Positions 37,916 through 48,200 of a DNA stretch of 64,000 nt are shown one piece after another (position 1 is the stretch's first letter; each line of letters starts with the position of its first letter). Source of the DNA: Magallana gigas (lineage: Eukaryota). The stretch lies in NCBI RefSeq assembly GCF_963853765.1, contig NC_088855.1, forward strand, positions 20,150,001 to 20,214,000. The letters are read 5' to 3'. The translations under genes were made by a program, and so were the position numbers. The notes under the pieces were generated by a model that was not told where the DNA came from, made no database searches, and saw only the letters and a program-made list of their open reading frames with translations.

Positions 37916-38634
37916 ATGGCTGTCCTGTGGGTTCTTCTCGTGTTACAAATTGGTTCTTTATCATGGTGCTACAGTTACAGTAAGTCGCTGGGATATCGTC
38001 TTCTGTTACTAAGCAAATGAATGGATATAAATCATTTAAGTATTGTGACTGTTGTTTGTATCTTATTTGCAGACGACGGCAATGCAGAGAACACACTGAG
38101 CATGCCTGAATCAAGCATTGGCAACCTACTGATGCCAGCAGACCTGTTGCAGAAGGCGGCCATTCTTCCCGCCAAAACTCAAATCTTCCAAGCCAACATC
38201 AACTCTGACGAGGCGTTGTCTCTGATGGCGGATCTTTTCTACCCCAAGGACTTCACGATGACCTCCCTCACCACCATTATCATCGACCATCGTCAGTCCA
38301 TCCCCAAGCTCTTCCCGAAAAAGCTTGCTGTCCCAGGAGCTAAACAGTTCGCTTTAGGAGGTACGTGTTCCTAATTGTACATCAAATCGATATATCGCTG
38401 CAGTTATTGAATAAGTTCAACATCATATATACACCTTATGCCCTGGGTTTGTTTTTTCGCATGTTATAAGCGACTTTAAATATAGTAAATAATATCTGAC
38501 ATAATATCTGCGAATTAACTATTGTATTTTTTGCAAAAAACTGAATAAACAGATACACGTTTTTATTGTGTTGCACCCGTTTTATTTTATCATTTAAAAA
38601 AAATTATTTTCTTTATAATGTAGATGACCAGTGA
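37916..38634 (+). CDS. SP8: small secreted orphan protein, 120 aa, not Met-rich
   Basis: Exons 37916-37979 (MAVLWVLLVLQIGSLSWCYSY), 38073-38360 and 38624-38634 (DDQ*). Phase-1 GT-AG introns; TATATAAT at 37833; ATTAAA at 38686. Confidence 0.7.
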
Positions 38635-39529
38635 CCTGAAAGACGTATGATGAGAAGACATTCTATTTATTTTATTATCTGTGATATTAAAGAAGTAAGC
38701 ACTCCTTTCAATACTTGTTTGTTGTTGTGTTTTTAATTTGAATATATTTCTAAATTTTACATACTAGGACAAAGATTCTGGCGTAAATCAGCTACAAATT
38801 TAAAATAAAAAATATATCTGTATTTTTCAAAAAAGGCGCTTAAATGATTTCACATGATTGAATAAGTGAATTGAAGAAATTAGGGAAAATGCGTTTTCTG
38901 AAAAAAACACACACATCTCCATAAGATTGCAAACTTTTTCAGGGTTTTATGCCACAAAGTATATGCGGGGATGGTTCGGGGGGGGGGGGGGGTATTTCTT
39001 TTATATTAAAGTATGTCAACCATTGTGCAGTGCAAAACTTCTTATCTAAGCAAACCGCAAGGTAAATAGTTGGCAGAAAATAAAGTATTCGTAAAATTCA
39101 GAAAATTTTTCATGTTTACAGTAAGACAGGCCAAAAGAACTGTTATAGTTCATAATTAAAATAACGCTTAGTTTGAAATTCATTAAGAATTTTTAAAAGT
39201 TACTCTAAACAAGTTACATAATCTAATCTAAATACAGATTTCGTATCTGCAGAAAACCGAAAGTAGCAATTCTAACGAATATATATCAACTGGTGTTAAA
39301 GTTCGAATTTTTAAAACGTTTATAATAACATAAAAAAGACTGTAAAGATATTATGAAAAGTTTTTATTGATAAATGTTTAAAATTTCTAACAAACATGGC
39401 AAAAAAAAATTTCAAAACCCCAAATATTTTGAAGAAGTAAGTTTTTTATTTGTATGACAAGCATATCATTTGTAAACTCCATAAAAGCAATACAGGTATT
39501 TAGTAAGCAATGACAATACTATAAGCGGT

Positions 39530-40870
39530 GTGTTCCCGTTTTGCACACATTTGATAATTGGGTATAGAACAATAGGTGTGAATTGTGTTGTGATAGCAAT
39601 TATAGTCTGCTTTCAGTCAAAGATTTTACCTGGATTTTTACTTGTGTTTTATCATTCATTTATCAGCGCCATGAAACAAGAAGAATATAGATATTTTTTT
39701 GTGTTTTAGACTTATAACTATCACCATTTTTTTCATTTGATAAAATAAAGATCAAATTAATATTTTTAGTCTTAAATTTCCGCTCACTGATAAGAAAAAT
39801 AAGGATTAGATGATTTGCATTGACTTTTACATTTTTGCCCATTTACTTTAAATATAAAACTCGATGAACTGAGGAAAAATTGCTGGTCCCGGGCCAATTG
39901 GAAGCTGATTCAGTGGAAAATTATATGATAAAGGGGAAACTACACGGACAGTCATATGGGGTACTCTGTGTCTCTTTTTACAACTTACATTGTAGCTGCA
40001 AAATATGTAAATCGCATGTTTATAATTGGTTGTTTGGTATCAACAGAAAGATTATTATGAAAAGAAACAGACCTTTATCACAAAATATTTCAATCTTCGA
40101 AGTAGCAGCCTTGACAGTAGATCTTATGATCGACATCACCGCTTTAGTATATTGCGGGTCACTTTTCTGGATTTTCAAATCAGCAGCTCAATAAATTCCG
40201 ACAAAAATAATAATTTAAATATTGATTTGATATACCTCAAACTGAAGAAGGTTGAAAATGTATGAATTAGGTCTACATTTGATAGGTTTTGTGAAAAAAT
40301 ATTTTCAGTTTTTGAAGCATATAAAATTGCCTATTTATCATCATATATTAATTTGTCTAATAATATTCTCTTCGATTATTCAAGCCACAGCATAAATGAA
40401 AAATAATTAGCAGCGTTTTCACTAGACACATTTCCTCCATTTATGTGAGCAAAAGCAATAAATAAATACTAATATATGATATTTTCTCTTCAAACTTGTA
40501 GCGTGTAAATGTACTTCCTAAAGGCAGGAAGATAAACAAAAGCACTACATACACAACATTTTTGCAATAATCTTTTTTGTTTAAAGAAATTAATGAAATT
40601 GTTGATGACCAAATCGATGCTTAAAATTAAATTCCGGAACATGGATGTCAATTATTATGTAAATGTGCTTCTATGCAAGTTATATTGTAACATAAAATAC
40701 ATGTAAATATCAATTGCGAGTAGATATGTTTTATTTATTTCATTGTCAATTGCCCTTACAGGAACTGTGATATAGACTATAGCAATTAAGCAATTATCTC
40801 ACCTGGTCAAATTCCCGTTTCGCACACATTTTTTCGATACCTAATTTTCAAATGTGTGCAAAACGGGAAC
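39530..40870. repeat. Long-range inverted repeat / foldback-like remnant
   Basis: GTTCCCGTTTTGCACACATTTGATAATTGGGTAT at ~39532 is mirrored at ~40837-40870, which itself forms a local hairpin (40812-40869). Confidence 0.45.
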
Positions 40871-41724
40871 AAACCCTATAAGCTTTACCTGTTTTACTTG
40901 ATAGCATGAACACATCACTTATTTATTCAATCCTTTTAATGTCATTACTCAGAAGAACAATTTATTCAAGTCCATATGTCCAGACCAAGGTCAAATTAGG
41001 TCACTTGCCTGTGTTTATGTGTGCTTTTCCATCATAGTAAAAAAGTTATAAAAAAATCTCCAGGATTCTTTGATCATTTAGCTTATTGGTGAGCCTTTGG
41101 GCTTATAAATGATTAAAGTTTCAGAGCACACCCACTTTCCCCAGGAAATACAAAACATATAATTATACAATACACAACCTGAGATACAGAGACTAGCGTA
41201 GTGTATAAGAGAAACAATTTGTTACAAAAAAAATGGAGTTTTACGCAATAAAATTCTACATACAATGTAGAAATATCAAAATTTGATATATCAACAGATG
41301 AGTATAAGTACATGTAAATATATAACAAAGGTACAATAATACTATCATACTGTGATGCGTGAAAGAACACTTACTCATATTTGTCCAGCATATTCAGACC
41401 AATGTCTTATACCAACCCTCTATAAACAAACCATAATGGTGCAATTTCAAAGAATGTCAAAAAACACAACAGTGACTCTGACAGGAAGCTCTATGACCTA
41501 GATTACTGAAGATACATCTAGGTTTCTCATTTTTGGTGTACTCAAATGTATTTTCAAGAATAAACAAGGAAAGGTTACTTATAGCTTAACCACAACAATA
41601 ATTACTTATTTTAAAAAAAAAAAATCAATTATTTACTGGTACATTGGTACCTCAACAGTGTATGTTGTGGGCATGAGGAAGGGAGAAAGGGACCTCGATC
41701 TAAAATTTCTAAATCCAACTCTGG

Positions 41725-43561
41725 TCAATCATTTCTGTTGTGGTGAACCAGGTCCTTTAAAACAGGTCCAACATGGTACCACCTTCTCAACGTGTTCTCC
41801 ATCAGATAGTCCACAGACTTATCAATGGGCTTGATGATGATGGGGATGGACAGAAGCCCCACCGCCGTCGTGACCCACTTCCTGGCTGGCCCGGGCCATG
41901 ACACGCCCCTCTTGAGTAGTACCCCTGTGAAGGTACAGATTCTGTTGATGGTGAAGCCTGGGATAGCCACAGATGCCAGTCCCTGCCAGATTAGTGTGTC
42001 CGCTACTGCCCATCCCACCCGCGACCTCTTCTGATTGCTGTCTTCATATTGTTTCTGCAAGGCAAACATATAAGGAATAAGGAATCATTCTTTGAGTATT
42101 ATGAGGTGATAATTTTGGTCGGGGCGTTATCAAATCCAATAAAGCCTGAAGGGCTTTATGATAGATTTGATCACGCCCCAACCGAAATTATCATCTCATA
42201 ATATTCAAAGAATGATTCCTTATTACTTATATTCATATAATTTTAAGCCATCGTATGATTAAATATTTAAATATAAATAAGCAAACCCCGCTGGCGCCTC
42301 AATTTGGCTTCATTTGTATTATGGGTTATATAATACAAAATCGATACGTAGTGTTATCACAGGCAAAGACACTGGAAAATGTAAATATATGTAAATAAAT
42401 ACTTGGTGTTTGAATATTGGCCAGGAGATGAATGTTTGCAAAATGGAAGGTTGTCTTTGGCTCTGTAGTTAAATAGTTTTGTAATTTTGCATCAGGAAAC
42501 TGTTTTTCTCTTATCAAACCCTGTAGTACTTATAAGTAAACAAAGACCTTTTCTTCCAAATAGGTTTAATATTTCAAATATCAGTGGTATAGGAAAGCTA
42601 GACAACATTAAGATGGAGACCATCTCAAAGGGCCCCGCTTAAATAATAGACAATAGGATGAAAAGCCTTTCAGAGAATTTTGCTTTGATGTTGACCTTGT
42701 CCGATATGACATTGACCTACAAACATTATTCAAGGTCACTGCACACCCTATGACCATAAACACTCTGTTAATGAAGTATGAGCCAGATTGGACCAGAGGA
42801 GAGAAGAGATGTCCCAGACAATGATTTTATATATAATTCTGCTATGACCTTAACATACACCTAGAAAAATGGTTCCCTGGCACTGCATATCCTATACCTA
42901 AAGGCACTCTGCAGGTGAAGGTGAATGAGCCAGATTAGACCAAGGGGAGAGAAGATAGGCTCCAAACATGCAATCTCAGATGGACAGACAGACTGATTAC
43001 TATAGGGTGCCCGCAGAGTGGGGCCCTTATAAATTGGTTGGCAATAAAATAGACATACATAAAAAAGAAAAAAACTGACACATTTTCATGTACATGAGTG
43101 TAGACTATATATATGTACACTTTTAAAACTAGCTTTCTCTCTCTCTCTCTCTCTGTTTATATGTCCATTTGTCTGTCTGTCCGTCTCTTTCTATAGCACA
43201 TCACCTGTGAAGCTTCCCATCCTTTGTGAACAGCGTCAGCAACCACGTATCCGCTGGCTACCACATAGCTCAGGTGAACCAATCTCACGGGCACCTGAGC
43301 TCTGAATGCCTCCCCAACCTCATTTGTGTAGCCTGAGAGAACAAGAGACAAAATGGTTTTATAATTGCATGTTCACCCCCCCCCCCCCCTCCCCTCCACA
43401 CTTTGTCGAGAATCATGAACATAAAATAGCTCTGCAAGTAACAATATGCATGCTGCATCTACCGGTAACAAGATGAGCATATAAACTAAGTACATACCTA
43501 AATATCGTACAGGTGTATCTCTAAAAATGTCTACATCTCCCTTTTCAATGTCATTTTCCAT
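41725..43561 (-). CDS. MTFP1: Mitochondrial fission process protein 1 (MTP18), 173 aa
   Basis: Exons 43561-43498, 43332-43205 and 42054-41725 join in frame. Family motifs DIFRDTPVRYLGYTNEVGEAFR and DTLIWQGLASVAIPGFTINRIC, plus IPIIIKPIDKSVD. Confidence 0.95.
42070..42385 (-). mobile_element. Palindromic MITE-like repeat, copy B, in MTFP1 intron 2
   Basis: Reverse complement of 21867-22161. Confidence 0.7.
42597..43030. mobile_element. Helentron-like remnant in MTFP1 intron 2
   Basis: Sub-terminal inverted motifs AGGGCCCCGC / GTGGGGCCCT, GACAGACA microsatellite, and an internal ~150-bp repeat (ATGAGCCAGATT twice). Confidence 0.45.
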
Positions 43562-43654
43562 TCTAGCATGCTGACCGGAAATTCCGTTTTTTTAACCGGA
43601 TGTTGACATTTTATAAATAGCGTCCCAAACAACCAATCATCCACGCTTTGAAGA
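43562..43654. promoter_or_regulatory. 93-bp bidirectional promoter between the MTFP1 and stathmin-like start codons
   Basis: ETS-like CCGGAAAT (43575) and ACCGGATGT (43595), TATAAATA (43612), CCAAT (43633). Confidence 0.6.
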
Positions 43655-44253
43655 ATGGAGACCAGTGATAAATATGCCTCATTCGAAGTAGAAATGAGTT
43701 CCCCAGTTAATTCCAAACCTCCAACACGACTTTTGAATTATGAAAGACATGAAACTACACAAGAAGAGATGGCGGCAAAACAGAAAAATGCAGAAGAGAG
43801 GCGAAAGGTGAGTTAAAAGTCATCGCCACATTTTTTGGTCCAAAAGACTTTGCAGTTTACTAAACACCCATACATTTTCTTCCATGGTAGCATTAAAAAA
43901 AACCCAGAAAATAATGAAATTATTAACGTTTTGACTTGATTAAACTGATATTTATCGCGAGTTTTTTGTCATGTCATTTACTTTTTTGTTTTATGTTTAA
44001 GATGTTTTGTACCTTTTCTTAGGTTTATGAAACAGAAAGGCTTCGAAGAATACAAGAAAGAAGCGAGGAGTGTTCAAGAATTAACACCAAAGTTAGCCAT
44101 CTTCTTGCACTCGACGCCAAGAGACAAGGTTTGGAGGGAACAAGCCAAGTGAAACCAATCTCCACAAGAGAAGCCTTGCAATCCATCAAATCACTCAGTA
44201 AAGACTTTTCTAGGATAACAAAGGGATTCAGTGTGGACGATATGCAATCATAA
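43655..44253 (+). CDS. Stathmin-domain-like protein, 127 aa
   Basis: Exons 43655-43807 and 44023-44253 (phase 0). ASFEVEM, PPTRL and T.EE...KQKNAEERRKVYETERL resemble the stathmin-like domain. AATAAA at 44506. Confidence 0.65.
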
Positions 44254-45204
44254 CATACCACAAGTTGTGTTCATACATTTGTATTCCTTTTCTCCCCGAG
44301 AAACAATTGTGATCAAAATTATCTTTCTAAATTATTTAAACACTTAGGTGAAGATTTATAAGGATAGAGTACATAGAAAAGGTGTTTTCATTCATCCAAT
44401 TAATCATCTTTTTATAATATTGTAATATAGTACATGTATAAATCACTAACAACATTTCACTGTTTCATTTGTTTATTATTTTCTGTTTCGTTTATCAGTT
44501 GTTCAAATAAACATTTTTCAATGCAAAGTATTTTTCATTTTTGTGTTCAGCAAAGTCTTCAACCTTTAAAATAGTCAATTACAATTATCGTAGTATTTAT
44601 TTACATCTTGTGTATTTCAATTTTGTGGTTTTGAGATGCATGTCTGTAAGTTAAAACAAAATACAACCCAAACAGCATTAACATCCTTAAATGACACAGT
44701 TTTCAGACGTTCAGTGGTGTAATAAATATACAATGTCAAATACTACTGACATCACTACAGATAATGAACAAAAAAGCATGCTACTTTCCATTGCTTTTAA
44801 TCTTATACCTGTACACGTATAACAGTAGGAGATGTCTTTTCAAAATACATGTACAAGGACCATCACTACAGATAAAGAACAAACGCTATGCCACTGTACA
44901 TTGTTTGTAATCTTTTAAGCACATAAACAGAAGGAAATGCCCTTTCAAAATAATGTTATACATGATCTCAAACAATTATTTTACAGGCTTTAAAAAAAAA
45001 AACCCAGAAAAAAACCTCATCTCAATATCAGCTATTGGTCATAATGTAACAAGATTATCAAATGTACATCTATAAACAATTGTTTTCAATGTTTTACAGT
45101 TCCATCTCGGGCATGGAACTGTAAATTTGCAGCTTTACAAAATATATACATCTTCAACCAATTCTGGAGGCAACATAGCTAGCACTGTTAAAAGGAAGTC
45201 ATAT

Positions 45205-48200
45205 TCACATTTGTAACTTCTTTATCTCCTCTATCAACCTTTGCGATTGCTCTTTAAAGTCTATGGTGCTTGCATTCATTGTGACAGTTTTCAATCTGCT
45301 TTCATCCTGTAAGTTAGAAACGATAGAGGTTATTCTAAAACACAGCCATGGATTTAAAAATTTTCCATGAGAAACCAATTGTAATTTTCCATATTATAAA
45401 CTTGTAAATTGCTGTTCTTTTTTAAAAACATTCTTCTATGAATATATGCATTATTTTAAGGGAAGACCTATAAACATTTAGGTACATACACTTGCACATT
45501 TTTTCAGTTTAAAAAACAAATTCAAAATAAAGAAAACTTTCTTTCTTCACATTTTACTTACATTGTAAGTTTCCACTTTTGCTCTGAACTTAAAAATATA
45601 GGATTTAAAACAGGCTTCTGTGAACACTTGATCAAATGCTTGCTCATTCTGAAAAAAAGAGAGAAATATTATATTACATATGAAAGATTGATATTGAAGA
45701 AAATTTCAAACACGGGGCCAATAGGCCACATCGCTCACATGAGCAACAATAGGCATAATGAAATTAGCTTAATGGAGTCATAATACAAAATATCTGATGG
45801 ACAAATTAGTATAATACATATAGATCCTGCATTAATAGACAGACCGACAGACAAAACATGATCAGAAAAGACCACTTGAGCTTTCAGCTCAGGTGAGCTG
45901 AAAATATAATTTAAAAAGAAGTAGAGAATATAGACACGAGGGTTAATCCTTACTGAGTCCTTGAGAGCACCGAGATCATCAGCTTTGATCCCCAGCATGG
46001 CCTCAGCAGACTCCTGGAAACAAGTCACCCACTGGTTGTCTGAGTAGTCTCCTAGGTTAGCCTACAACAAAATCAATTTAAAACATTTCATAAAAAATTG
46101 CATGAAATTGAAGGTACTAATATACTTTCAAGTGTGTGCAGTGCTGGAATTTCAACATAAAAATCAGGCTGCCTACTTACAAAAACTTATGATCTACAGT
46201 TGAAACTATTCATACCAACAATTTTTAAATGTTTAAAAAATAATTAATTTATCTCCCAAAAAACTTAGGACAAACAAATTACTTTGACCCACTTTGCTTT
46301 CTAGCAAATATGAATCAAAACAAGAGAAAAAATGTTTGACACCTCTTATGAAAACAATTCATCGTCCATCAATAAACTGATAATGTCTTACAGATAAAAT
46401 CATCCTCCACTTGTAGTTGGGGAACTCCCTAGCACATTTCTCACATCTGTACATCCCATTGCCCTGGTCAACAACCTTCTTATTACAGGATTCTGTAGGA
46501 CATGCCTAGGAAAACAGAGAAAGAATACAACTTTAAATGGACTATTTCAAAACAGATTACCAATTAAAAATGCTTCAATGCAAATTAAGAAAATGGAATT
46601 TTTTGAGGGGAAAAACTTAATATTGTTAAAATATGTACAAATTGGGTTTATGAAGTTTATTTTCCAAAGAATGTTTGAAAACCAGTTATGCTGAAGAAAA
46701 ATTAATTTCTTGAAACTTACTCTAAATGTGGAAGACACATGCTATTATGTATTGCTAAATATGATTTTATGAATACCCGAATTCATTACAAATAATGTCG
46801 CAAAGCTATTCTGCAAGCAAATGTAACTCACTGCACAGACATACAACATGGACATACATGTATATAAGTACCATGACACTTAAAACCTTGTTTTATTGTG
46901 CAATGCAAAGAGTTCTTCGTGCAAATGATTATGCTTACCTGGTACATGCAATTTTCTTTGCGCAAGAAGAGAACTGTAGCTTTGGTAGTGAAATATTCTG
47001 GTTTATCTGCACCAATGTTTTCAGACTTGATCTCTGCAAAGCACTTCCAGTTTGTTGAACCTGTAGAAACAAACAAGCATTACAAACAATAAACATCTGA
47101 TACAAGTTTTTAAAAGTACAAATATCCCTTTACTCATCATTTAATACATGCAACATCAAATATCTTGGTCTATTTAAATCTTAATCCATCAAATAAGTTT
47201 CTGCTTGATTTGTCTTTGCAATGTGTAAGATTCTTCAGATAAACTTTCCCTTGAGTAAAGATGCCCACAGATAACACAGAAACACAAAAAAAAGTTTATA
47301 GGGTGTATGTGCCTTAACTTAATAGGCAAGATCAAAGTCGAGCAAAAATGTTTATAGGATGTATATGCCTTAACTTAATGAGCAAGATCAAAGTCGAGCG
47401 AAAAACCCTCACCTCCCCCACCACCTCCCATTCCGTCATTCTTGTAGCCGTGGAAGTCCATATTGTGACCATCATGCTCGAACCAGCCCTTCAGCATGTG
47501 TCCCTCCCGCAGGTCGGGGTTGTGGATGATCTGACTGGAGGCCATGGCAGAAAGGGACCGTCCTAAAGAGACCAAAACAATAAACCTAATTTCCATTCAA
47601 TTCTCATTAATACTAAATCTCATTGTACATGCCCTCCCCCACCAACCTCAACAAAGGTATGCGAAATTTGTACCACCACCTTAATTGCCTGTACATCTAT
47701 ATACATAATGAGAAATCCTAAAACAAGCTTACCTCCATAATCTGAGACCTTTGCGCCTTTCACAGCGATGACCGGGTGACCTGAACCATCAAACTGTTGA
47801 GCCTGCAAGATATCACACTGAAGGTAAACAAATCTTTAAATTGTAAAGAAATCTTTAAATTCCAAATAAAAATGGAATTTCCCCCTCTATTTATAAATGT
47901 CTATTAGACCCCTGTTAGCAGACATCCTAACACTGTACTCACATCGGCTCCCCACAGCGTAAGATTGACCGACATCCCTGACTGGTCCACTATCTGGAGG
48001 TCGCGCTTGGTGATCTCCTTCTGACTCTGTTTGCCGATAATGGTGGTCACATCCCCACAGTTCTTAACCACTCCAATCACATCTGAAGAAATTATTCAGT
48101 AAAGTATGTTCAAATGTTTTATTTTTATTATCAAGTCTTCGCAGAATTATGCACATAGCAATATCTAGCATATATATATACATTTCTGTAATTTTTGTTT

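Noticed and set aside
38700-41000. Short ORFs (39880-40194, 40026-40265) and other 60-100 aa AT-rich ORFs across intergenic and intronic DNA
   Set aside because: No domain motifs, splice logic or codon bias; expected by chance in AT-rich DNA.
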